DNA of 64,000 nucleotides from Octopus bimaculoides. Lineage: Eukaryota. Position numbers and translations under genes: made by a program. The notes beneath the pieces are model-generated. The model saw nothing but the letters and a program-made list of their open reading frames with translations, was not told where the DNA came from and did no database searches. Shown here one piece after another: positions 12,291 to 23,030 of the stretch; the first letter of the stretch is position 1; the number at the start of each line of letters is the position of its first letter. The stretch lies in contig NC_068987.1 of NCBI RefSeq assembly GCF_001194135.2, forward strand, positions 10,434,179 through 10,498,178, given 5' to 3'.

Positions 12291-12477
12291 GGGATGATGA
12301 TGGGGATGANNNNNNNNNNGTACGACCGTCTGTACAATCATTGCTTCTTCTTGAATCTCAGGGGGGTTTTTTTATCATTGAAACTTGGTTTTTCGAGGAT
12401 GGGGTTGGGATTGAGGGGTGGGTGGGGAGAAATGGAGACTTGAACCGATTCTGTAAGTTTCTCATTACCAAACGTGT

Positions 12478-12680
12478 TTCAGTCATTTGACTGTGGCCAT
12501 ACTGGAGCACCACCTTTAGTTGAACAAATCAACCACAGGACTTATTCTTTATAAGCCTTGTACTTATTCTATTGGTCTCTTTTGTCGAACTGCTAGCTTA
12601 CAGGGACATAACCACGCCAATATCAGTTGTCAAGTGATGGTGGGTGGAAAAATACAGACACACACACAAATATATATATA
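12478..12680 (-). mobile_element. SINE family A 3' module
   Basis: tttcagtcatttgactgtggccatactggagcaccacctttag...aaaatacagacacac. Confidence 0.85.
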
Positions 12681-12688
12681 TATATATA

Positions 12689-12855
12689 GGCGCAGGAGTG
12701 GCTGTGTGGTAAGTAGCTTGCTTACCAACCACATGGTTCCAGGTTCAGTCCCACTGCGTGGCACCTTGGGCAAGTGTCTTCTACTATAGCCTCAGGCCAA
12801 CCAAAGCCTTGTGAGTGGATTTGGTAGACGGAAACTGAAAGAAGCCTGTCGTACA
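12689..12855 (+). mobile_element. SINE family A 5' (tRNA) module, opposite in orientation to the adjacent 3' module
   Basis: ggcgcaggagtggctgtgtgg...gaaagaagcctgtcgta, then (TA)n and a gap. Confidence 0.9.
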
Positions 12856-13329
12856 TAAGTATATATATATATANNNNNNNNNNNNNNNNNNNNNNNNNNN
12901 NNNNNNNNNNNNNNNNNNNNNNNNNNNNNNNNNNNNNNNNNNNNNNNNNNNNNNNNNNNNNNNNNNNNNNNNNNNNNNNNNNNNNNNNNNNNNNNNNNNN
13001 NNNNNNNNNNNNNNNNNNNNNNNNNNNNNNNNNNNNNNNNNNNNNNNNNNNNNNNNNNNNNNNNNNNNNNNNNNNNNNNNNNNNNNNNNNNNNNNNNNNN
13101 NNNNNNNNNNNNNNNNNNNNNNNNNNNNNNNNNNNNNNNNNNNNNNNNNNNNNNNNNNNNNNNNNNNNNNNNNNNNNNNNNNNNNNNNNNNNNNNNNNNN
13201 NNNNNNNNNNNNNNNNNNNNNNNNNNNNNNNNNNNNNNNNNNNNNNNNNNNNNNNNNNNNNNNNNNNNNNNNNNNNNNNNNNNNNNNNNNNNNNNNNNNN
13301 NNNNNNNNNNNNNNNNNNNNNNNNNNNNA

Positions 13330-14009
13330 GAATATATGATAACCAGATGGGGCAATGTCCAGCGAATTTGGTGGGTGGAGCATCGTTTCCCATTCAAACT
13401 GCTCCAGCCTTTGGAATTCTCATCCTCACCGTATGTGGCTGAGCATTATCCTGATGGAAGAACACCTTTCGTCTTGAAACCAAAGATGGTCATTTTCCAA
13501 TGGCATGTAGGTGTCGATGAATGGCTGAACGATCAAATCCAAGCTTCTCTACAAGTTCCTCAACAGTTATGATGGGATTTTGTTCTACCCAGGTTTGCAG
13601 GGCATGTTCATCGAGCTCTACAGATCTTCCAGGATGAAGTATGTCTTCTTGGCAGTAGTTTCTGGCTTAGACTTTTGGAACCACTGGCTTAGACTTTCTG
13701 GAACCACTGGCTTATGCTTATTGTCCAATCCCCATATATTCCTCACACTTTCTGTTGTGTTGTTGCCTTTACTGAACTCATAAAGCAAAATATGCTGAAT
13801 ATTCTCCTTTGTCACTTCCATTACAGCTTTGAAAAAAATAACGGTTAAAATCAAACTGCACTCTTCAAAACTTGCACTAAGAATAAGCACAAGGTAAAAT
13901 TACTACCTGCTTTTATAACAAGTTGATGCAGGTAGTTTATCCCATCCCTCTCTGACTTTTAGTTGATGGAATTTTAAAAAAACTGCATTATTTATGGAAT
14001 GACCCAATA
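13330..14009 (-). mobile_element. Mariner transposon, internally deleted; 5' TIR present, 3' end lost in gap
   Basis: TIR tattgggtcattccataaataatgcag plus TA; MEVTKENIQHILLYEF...HPGRSVELDE...HRHLHAIGK fused to VFFHQDNAQPH and LHPPNSLDIAPSGYHIF. Confidence 0.9.
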
Positions 14010-14616
14010 TATATTAATTATATATGCACAAGTGCATCTATGATGTCAAAAATGGTGACAGCTTTATTAATTATAGAAACCGGCACATGAGTTCCAAACA
14101 ATAGGTGAAACCGTTGATAAGTTTCTAATCTAAAGACTTCAAATTTTGTATTTAATAGTAAAGTATTAGTTTGGTCTCAACTAAAAGGCAGAAACCATTA
14201 ATTCATAGATGCGACAGTACATACTGTCTATCAAAAACGATGTCTCATATTGGTGTATAAATACATAAACATTTACGCCATGAAAAAAAATCAACAGCTT
14301 TATTATTATTATTTTTTTTTAGTTTACTTCTAACATGTTTAACTGGTGCATTGAATGGTTTAATGTTAGTTATAAAAAGCGAATTGAAAATGCTGATAGT
14401 ATATTTACAAAAATATTACAACATTATTCACAAAACGTTGAACGATTGGTTTGTTTCCTTTTTTTTCTTTTTCTCTTTTTTTTTTTTGTTTTTTTTATGT
14501 ATCAAAATGGTAAAAACGAAAAGAAAGGAATTGGAATTGATGGAGAATATTTGGTTTTTGTTTATACACAGCTACATACCTCAGTCTAAGCACATTGATG
14601 TACGCGTGCATATATA

Positions 14617-14647
<31 letters not shown>

Positions 14648-14964
14648 ATATTCATGTATATGCATATATGTATATATACACATACACACACACATGGTGT
14701 ACATACATCAATGCAAGAATGTACACCTTTTAAAAATTTTACTNNNNNNNNNNNNNNNNNNNNNNNNNNNNNNNNNNNNNNNNNNNNNNNNNNNNNNNNN
14801 NNNNNNNNNNNNNNNNNNNNNNNNNNNNNNNNNNNNNNNNNNNCTGTGTTTGTCCCCCCAACATCGCTTGACAACCGATGGTGGTGTATTTAGTGTGTGA
14901 ATCTGAGATGATAATATGTTGAACAAAATCATAATTAACTGATCCTCCTGTATTTTCTGTTATC

Positions 14965-14996
14965 CAAAGCCAGGAACTTTTCAGCACCCCCTCATA
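14965..14996. mobile_element. Isolated mariner-type terminal inverted repeat
   Basis: aaagccaggaacttttcagcaccccctcata reads TA-tGAGGGGGTGCTGAAAAGTTCC on the minus strand; recognised by pattern only. Confidence 0.4.
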
Positions 14997-15310
14997 TTTC
15001 TGCAAACATATAGAGAGCAAAGGGCTAAACAGATCGCAGACATATTCTTCTAGAACTTACTACTATCATCACCATTGATTTAACATTTAGTCTTTTTATT
15101 TATGAGTTTGTTTTCCTAAAACATACATTATATAAACAATAACATCATTGGTTATAGATTTCCAATGAGACAATCATTGATTCGCTGAATCGGTAATAGT
15201 GAAAGTGACAAGAGAGCATTGGTGCAACTGGGGTAGATTAACTAGTGTCAAGTCCTTTTGTTCCACACACCAGTTTATCGACTTTCTAACGCACACACAC
15301 ACAATAATAT

Positions 15311-15551
15311 ATAAGAAAATGAGATCACAACTTCAATAGCTTACAACCGTTTCTGCTATAAGATGCAGTGGACTCATATTTGAGTGCCTGAGTAACACCT
15401 TATAGCTTCATCAGAGCCTCAAATGATGAAGTTATAAGGTGGTACTCAAGCTCTGAACTATGAATCCAACGCATCTGATAGCAGAAACAGCTGTAAGCTA
15501 ATGAAGTTCATGAGATAATCATTTTATTTCTTTGTCATCTCATTTTCTTAT
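15311..15551. repeat. Imperfect palindrome made of two head-to-head hammerhead-like units (family D)
   Basis: Arms 15329-15413 and 15424-15508 are reverse complements with about 80% identity by eye; outer 20-bp inverted repeats; each arm has (C)UGAUGA...GAAAC NNNN GUA. Confidence 0.8.
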
Positions 15552-15574
15552 TACCACTCTGTACTCAGCCATAG

Positions 15575-16166
15575 CTATTGCTTCTAATTTTGACATTTTA
15601 TTTTGCATTTGGCTATATGTTTGTGAAAGTAGTGCTATATCATCTGCAAAGTTGAGATCTTCTAGAGCTTCTGCATCCATCCATTCAATAAAAAACAAAA
15701 TAAGAATTTTTAATACTAACGTAAAAGCTGTGTTATTGTATGAGGCTGAGACATGGTGAACAACAGTTAAGTCAAATAAGCAAATACAATCATTCATCAA
15801 CAGATGCTTGCATAGTATACTTAATATCGGATGGCCTGAACACAAAAGCAATATGGAGCTATGGCAAAGAACGAATCAAGTTTCAATTACGGAGCAAATA
15901 TTTAAGAAAAAGTGGAAGTGGATTGGTAGCACAATTATAAAAGACACCAAATGTAGCGAAAAGTGCTTTACGGTGGAATCCGGATGGATATAGAAAGAAA
16001 GGTAGGCCTAAGAACTCGTGGCGTAAATCAACACAAAAGGAACTAGAGAAAGGGGGACATTCATGGCCGAGTATAAGTACAGAAGCGAAAAATTATGCGA
16101 CATGGAATTCAATTATAAGTGGCCTATACTCCGTGTTGGAGGGTTAAAGGCAAGAAAAAAGAAAAA
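15575..16166 (+). mobile_element. RTE-clade LINE, 5'-truncated with 5' inversion, 12-bp TSD
   Basis: Minus 15689-15575 encodes LEDLNFADDIALLS; plus 15690-16147 encodes KIRIFNTNVKAVLLYEAETW...ALRWNPDGYRKKGRPKNSW; A-rich tail; TSD actcagccatag at 15563-15574 and 16167-16178. Confidence 0.9.
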
Positions 16167-16251
16167 ACTCAGCCATAGTTTCATTTTGAAGCATTGCATA
16201 TCACGTTCTGCATCAGGTTATTAGTATCACGATGCCTAAGCAATATAAATG

Positions 16252-16500
16252 TAGGTATGTGGCCAAGTAGTTAGGCTGTTACACTCATGATTACTAGTTC
16301 GTGGGTTTGAATCCCAGACTGGGCAGCATGCTGTGTTCTTGAGCAAAGCACTTCATTTCACATTGCTCCAGTCCATTCAGCTGGCAAAAATGAGTAACGC
16401 TGCGATGGACTGGCGTCCCGTCCAGCTGGGGAACACATATGCCATTGAAACTGGGAAACTGGGTCCATGAGCCTGGCTAGGCTTTAAAAGGGCACATTTA
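16252..16500 (+). mobile_element. tRNA-derived SINE family F (CORE-like middle)
   Basis: tgtggccaagtagttagg...gtttgaatccc; tgtgttcttgagcaaagcactt...gctccagtccattcagctggcaaaaatgagt is shared with 44355-44680. Confidence 0.7.
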
Positions 16501-16504
16501 TCTG

Positions 16505-16652
16505 TGGAGGTGCAATGGCTCAGTGGTTAAGGCAGTGGACTTGCGGTCGAAGGATCGCGGTTTCGATTCCCAGACCAGGAGCTGTGTGTGTTTATTGAGT
16601 GAAAACACCTAAATCTCCACGAGGCTCCAGCAGGGGGTCGTGATGACCCCTG
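16505..16652 (+). mobile_element. tRNA-derived SINE family G head, truncated by gap
   Basis: A-box tggctcagtgg, B-box gtttcgattcc, tRNA-like anticodon arm gac-ttgcg-gtc. Confidence 0.65.
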
Positions 16653-18055
16653 NNNNNNNNNNNNNNNNNNNNNNNNNNNNNNNNNNNNNNNNNNNNNNNN
16701 NNNNNNNNNNNNNNNNNNNNNNNNNNNNNNNNNNNNNNNNNNNNNNNNNNNNNNNNNNNNNNNNNNNNNNNNNNNNNNNNNNNNNNNNNNNNNNNNNNNN
16801 NNNNNNNNNNNNNNNNNNNNNNNNNNNNNNNNNNNNNNNNNNNNNNNNNNNNNNNNNNNNNNNNNNNNNNNNNNNNNNNNNNNNNNNNNNNNNNNNNNNN
16901 NNNNNNNNNNNNNNNNNNNNNNNNNNNNNNNNNNNNNNNNNNNNNNNNNNNNNNNNNNNNNNNNNNNNNNNNNNNNNNNNNNNNNNNNNNNNNNNNNNNN
17001 NNNNNNNNNNNNNNNNNNNNNNNNNNNNNNNNNNNNNNNNNNNNNNNNNNNNNNNNNNNNNNNNNNNNNNNNNNNNNNNNNNNNNNNNNNNNNNNNNNNN
17101 NNNNNNNNNNNNNNNNNNNNNNNNNNNNNNNNNNNNNNNNNNNNNNNNNNNNNNNNNNNNNNNNNNNNNNNNNNNNNNNNNNNNNNNNNNNNNNNNNNNN
17201 NNNNNNNNNNNNNNNNNNNNNNNNNNNNNNNNNNNNNNNNNNNNNNNNNNNNNNNNNNNNNNNNNNNNNNNNNNNNNNNNNNNNNNNNNNNNNNNNNNNN
17301 NNNNNNNNNNNNNNNNNNNNNNNNNTTCTTCGAAATGTCATCTTTGTTCTCTCGTTCGTCCTCTCCATCACTATCTTATTTACCACCACAACCGCCACCA
17401 CAACCGCCACCACCACCACCACCACCACCACTGTCGTCATCGTTGTTGTTGTTGTCATTGTCATCGTTGTCCTCATCACTGCCGCTATTCTCAGCGCCTT
17501 CGTTGCTAAACTGCCATATTGCTTTTTTTCCAGTATCAGCTCAATCGTAACTAACCTTTTCCGTCTCTTCCCTCTCACCCTCGTCCTCCTTCTCACCCTC
17601 ATCGTCCTCCTCTTCTCCTCTTCCCCTTTTCCTCCTTCTCCTCCTCCTCCTCACCACCACGACCACCTCCATCACCACCACCACCACCACCACCATTATC
17701 ATCATCATCATCATCATTGTCATCATCATCATCATCATCATCCTTATCATCATCATCATCATCATCATCATCGTCATCATCATCATCATCATCATTGTCA
17801 TCATCATCATCATCATCCTTATCATCATCATCATTGTCGTCATCATCATCATCATCATTGTTGTTATCATCATCATCATCATCATCATCACCATCGTCAT
17901 TGTCATCATCATTATCATCACCACCACCACCGCCACCACCACATAAAGAACAATCCCTTCATCAGTTGTCCACTGTTTTATCTACTCCCCATTTCGATTG
18001 AATGCCACGCATCCATTTCCAAATAAGTTTTATCTAACTATCTCTCAATCTATTA

Positions 18056-18094
<39 letters not shown>

Positions 18095-18201
18095 NNNNNN
18101 NNNNNNNNNNNNNNNNNNNNNNNNNNNNNNNNNNNNNNNNNNNNNNNNNNNNNNNNNNNNNNNNNNNNNNNNNNNNNNNNNNNNNNNNNNNNNNNNNNNN
18201 N

Positions 18202-18236
<35 letters not shown>

Positions 18237-18354
18237 TTTTTAAAGTATGAAATAATTCATTTTTGGAACTGGCTCTTGAAGCACATATATGCTACAAATA
18301 ACAGCATGTAAATATTGAATTGAGAAACGCTTTGGGAAAGAAAAAGTCCAAGGT

Positions 18355-18510
18355 TTCTTTCAGTTTCAGCTTTAAAAAATCCAGTCACAAGGCTTTGGTC
18401 AGCCCAGAGCTATGGTGGAAAACAATTGCTCAGTGTGCCACACTGGGATTGAACCTATGACCATGTGGCTGGGAAGCAAATTTCTTACCACACTGCCACA
18501 TGTGTGCCTA
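18355..18510 (-). mobile_element. SINE family A 5' module, diverged
   Basis: ttcagtttc...aaatccagtcacaaggctttgg...gaacctatgaccatgtggctgggaagcaaatttcttaccacactgcc. Confidence 0.7.
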
Positions 18511-19079
18511 GACCAGTAGCCAAGCAACTGACAGGCATAAAGTAATTCACTAATACACTTCTGCATCTTTCCCCAAAATGTTCTCTGTCCTTTCACAGCT
18601 TTTTACACCACTACTACTGTGGCCTCTACTCTTCAAAACAGCCTCACCTGTCTCCCTTTCTGTCATCGTGCACTAAGCCACATTCTGACCTCCACAACCT
18701 GTCTATCCAGAAACCTGTCATGCAAACTTATATATATGAGTGTATATATGAGTGTATATGTGTGTGTATATGTGTGTGTATGTGTGCATGAGAGTGAACA
18801 CGTTTTTCTCTTGTCTTCACATATGGTGTGCTGATATTAAACAAAAGCATCATTGACCATACATAAACAGTGTTGTTTGTTTGCAATCCTCCATGAACAT
18901 CAGAGGAGTGCTCAACCAGCCGTGAAACGATCCTACAAGAGACTCAGTCCACTCCTTTGTCCATAAATCAATAACAAAGGAAACAATGTATTTACATTCT
19001 CGGTTCATCCGCATGGATGTTTCCTTGTAATATTTAAATTCAATTCAGTTCTTCTGGTTTAGCTGTGTTTTGCTTTATA

Positions 19080-19080
19080 T

Positions 19081-19126
<46 letters not shown>

Positions 19127-19216
19127 CAATCATCATCATTTAACACCCGTTTTCCATGCTGGCATGGGTTGGACGGTTTGACTGAAAACTGGTAAGCTGG
19201 GGGGGAGCAGCACCAG
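19080..19216 (-). mobile_element. SINE family E 3' end with long (CAT)n tail
   Basis: catttaacacccgttttccatgctggcatgggttggacggtttgactg. Confidence 0.75.
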
Positions 19217-19327
19217 ATAAGCCAGTGTCAGCGATGGTTCCAGAAATTCCGAGCCAGAAACTACAGCCTAGAAGACAAACCTCATCCTGGAAGATCTGTA
19301 GAGCTCAATGAGGATGTCCAGCAAACA
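19217..19327 (+). mobile_element. Mariner transposase fragment, same family as 13330-14009
   Basis: SQCQRWFQKFRARNYSLEDKPHPGRSVELNEDVQQ; cctggaagatctgtagagctc is identical to the reverse complement of the 13611-13631 region. Confidence 0.85.
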
Positions 19328-19399
19328 GGACATTGGTGTGTTGCCTTGGTGGAAGCTTGTGCTCTCAGAGTGCTCTTGTTAATAAATTTTATTAAAAGA

Positions 19400-19570
19400 G
19401 AACAGCAAACTGGCAGAATGGTTAGCATACCAGAAAAAATGCTTTGTGGAATTTCGTCCCCCTTTACATTCTGAGTTCAAATAAGTACCAGTCATGAACT
19501 GGGGTCAATGTAATTGACTATTCCCCTCCTCCACAGTTGCTGGCCTTGTGCCAAGATTTGAAGCCAATTT
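19400..19570 (+). mobile_element. SINE family B, internally deleted and diverged
   Basis: actggcagaatggttagc...ttctgagttcaaataagtaccagtcatgaactggggtcaatg. Confidence 0.7.
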
Positions 19571-19754
19571 ACTGCATAATTGCTCATGGATAAGTGCAAC
19601 ATTAAAGATGTTAATAAATTTGATTTTGGTTGTTGTTCTTCTCACTGTCGCTGTCGCTATCATTGTTTTTTGTTATTGTTGTAGTTGTCACATACATAAG
19701 TATTGCCTTTTTTGTTGTAGTTACCAGTTGTGTGTATGTGTGTGTGTATGTGTG

Positions 19755-20010
19755 TACCCTTACCTTGAGATGATGTGATGGTTGTAAATGAACATCCTTG
19801 TCATACAAGTGAGGTTGTTTTGTTTCCAGTCTTCTATGAAAAAGAAACATGTCTAGCTTCTGATGAAATACTAAGCTGCTTGGAGAGACAGGTGAGGGTT
19901 AGCAGCAGGAAGAGCATCCGACTGTCGAAATTTTGCTTCGACAAATTCTGTCTGACTCTTGCAAGCATGGAAAAGCAAACGGTAAATGATGATGATGACG
20001 ATGACGACGA
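19755..20010 (+). mobile_element. Family E-related SINE (subfamily E') with (TGA)n tail
   Basis: gtgagggttagcagcaggaagagcatccgactgtcgaaa...gcaagcatggaaaagcaaacggtaaatgatgatg; related copy at 29465-29640 (minus). Confidence 0.6.
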
Positions 20011-21123
20011 TAACCACAATGACAACAGTAATGATCGTGTTGGTGGAGGTGTTGTTGTTGTTGTTGTTGTTGTTGTTCTGTTGGTAGTTTTGGTGGCAGC
20101 GAACTTTTTGATGGAGATTTGACTGGCGCATTAAGGAGGACTAGCTATGACATAAAAATACTCTTGTCAGCCCAATATAACTTAGTTTTCATTTCCGAAA
20201 ACCTACTGCATAAAATTCAAAACAAAACATACATAATTATGATATTGAGGCTTAGAACTTGCACATAAAATTCATATTTCATGATATATTATAGATAAAT
20301 ATGTGTGATTTACATTCTTAATGCAAACATAAGCAAAATGCAAGATATAATATTATAAATATAATTACAGATCTTAACGGAAGCAAACAAATATAACTTC
20401 AAAGCTATTTAATTCAGCAGTAAACTTCCTTTGTGTTTTTTCAATGACGGCTTACATTTATAAAGTTTAAGACGTATCATAAATATATATGACTTAAGTT
20501 CTTAATGATAGCATGCAAATATAACATATAATGCTCATATTAGAGACATGTCACAAATAGCTGTGACATGTATTGATATTACCAACCACACCTAGAACTA
20601 CGCAGCAGCAAATATTACTCAGAATGAAGAAAAACGAATGCGAGCTTTTATTCGATGGAAAAAAAAGAAATTTATATAAATATATATTAGTAGAAAATAA
20701 TTCAAAGGAGATTTTAGATTTTTTAGTTCATTTTACCAAACTGACACTTGGTAAAAAAAAAAAAAAAAAANNNNNNNNNNNNNNNNNNNNNNNNNNNNNN
20801 NNNNNNNNNNNNNNNNNNNNNNNNNNNNNNNNNNNNNNNNNNNNNNNNNNNNNNNNNNNNNNNNNNNNNNNNNNNNNNNNNNNNNNNNNNNNNNNNNNNN
20901 NNNNNNNNNNNNNNNNNNNNNNNNNNNNNNNNNNNNNNNNNNNNNNNNNNNNNNNNNNNNNNNNNNNNNNNNNNNNNNNNNNNNNNNNNNNNNNNNNNNN
21001 NNNNNNNNNNNNNNNNNNNNNNNNNNNNNNNNNNNNNNNNNNNNNNNNNNNNNNNNNNNNNNNNNNNNNNNNNNNNNNNNNNNNNNNNTATATATATATA
21101 TATATACATACATATACACACAC

Positions 21124-21167
<44 letters not shown>

Positions 21168-21566
21168 ATGTGTATATATATATATGTATTTATATATATA
21201 TAAATATATATATGTATATATATATGTATCAATGCATTTATGTGTATATATGTATATGTGTGTATATGTGTGCACATACATTTTAATGTTCACTAATGCA
21301 CACGTACATACAAGTACATTTGAAAGAAAAGCATTTTTACTTTGAACGTGTGCATATGTGTGCGAATAGAAGGATGTATACGTGCATGTAAGCATGCTTC
21401 TCTGTGCACTCATATATGCATATGTAAGTGAAGGCACGTGGTTTTGCATATAGCAGTGCACATGTAGACAAGTATTCTATTATTTGGTGCGTTTGTGAGT
21501 GAACTTTACTGTATACACACATACACACACACACACACACACAAGTATGCATACATATATATATAT

Positions 21567-21599
<33 letters not shown>

Positions 21600-22391
21600 C
21601 ATNNNNNNNNNNNNNNNNNNNNNNNNNNNNNNNNNNNNNNNNNNNNNNNNNNNNNNNNNNNNNNNNTTATGGTATAATTCTATATATAGATGTAAAATTG
21701 TTGGTTTTATTTATGTATGTATGTATGTATGTATGTATAGGCATATGTGTGTATATATATATGTGTGTGTGTGTGTGTGTATATATATTTTTTTTGAGAG
21801 AGAGAAAGAAAGAGAGACACATATACACTTTTACATGTAAACTGTATTATGTAAGTTTTTTTTTGCAGAAGTTTTCTTTTTTTTTTGTATCTTTCACGTA
21901 GATGTATGTCATTGCTCTCACTATGAAACAATTCATGGAGTTCTCTGGGAGGAAACATACTCTTTACCAAAAACTGGTATGCGTTTTAAGAATCACACAC
22001 ACACACACACACATATGCACGCACACACATATACATGCAGTTCTTAAAATAAAAATTTCTTGCTGAAGAGTATATTTCTCACCTGACAATTCAATAAACC
22101 ATTAGATAATGAGAACAATGGCATAAATATGAATGCACATACATACATACATACACACACGTATAAACACACATACACATATATAAATTACACATGATTT
22201 TACGATTGGCCACTCACACTTTCCCCACATCTTGCCCACCCACATTCTGCACCCCCACGACCTCTACCGGTGCCTGCACTTATCAACCTCGTACTGCAGG
22301 CACCCAAGCCTCATCGCTAGTCATCCCTTATACTATGGAGACACTCTGATACTTATACAGACAAATTCACACACACACACACACACACTAC

Positions 22392-22585
22392 GTAGTAGCA
22401 CTGGCACTGGTGCCACATAAAAAAGCACCCAGTACACTCTGTAAAGTGGTTGGCATTAGGAAGAGCATCTAGCTGTAGAAACCAAGCCAAAACAGACAAT
22501 GGAATCTTGTGCGGCCCCTGGCTTTGCCAGTTCCTGTCAAATTCTCCAGCCCATTCCACCACTGAAAACAGATGCTAAACGCCGT
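22392..22585 (+). mobile_element. SINE family E, diverged
   Basis: gtggttggcattaggaagagcatctagctgtagaaacc. Confidence 0.65.
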
Positions 22586-22589
22586 TGCT

Positions 22590-23030
22590 GATATATACAA
22601 CTGGCTTTTTTCAGATTTTGCTTAACAAATCCACTCACATGACTTGGATCAGTCACATGACTTGGATCAGTCCAAGTCTACAGTCATGGCCAAAAGTTTG
22701 GAACATATTTTCGTATATGTGATGTACAACCTTCTATTTATTAAAAGTAAGCATTTTAGTCTAGAACTATATTTTTGGTTTTGCTGATTTGTCCGTCTAG
22801 ATATTGAACCATTGGATCAATTATTAGGTTAGTATATCCCTACATTGTATATATTTGAATCAAATTGTACTTGGGCTAAGAATTTCAATTTTTAAAGAAA
22901 GGTTCCAAGCTTTTGGCCACAACTGTATAATAGAAAGACATTTGCTCAAAGTGCCACACAGTAGGAGAGAACCCAGAATCATGTGGTTGGAGAGCAAATT
23001 TCCTACCTTACATTCATGCCTGGCACATTG
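22590..23030 (-). mobile_element. SINE family A 5' module split by a MITE
   Basis: aaatccactcacatgacttgg...ccaagtcTA [MITE] TAtaatagaaagacatttgctcaaagtgccac. Confidence 0.7.
22681..22925. mobile_element. Tc1-type MITE (245 bp), TA TSD
   Basis: TA-cagtcatggccaaaagtttggaac ... gttccaagcttttggccacaactg-TA. Confidence 0.85.
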
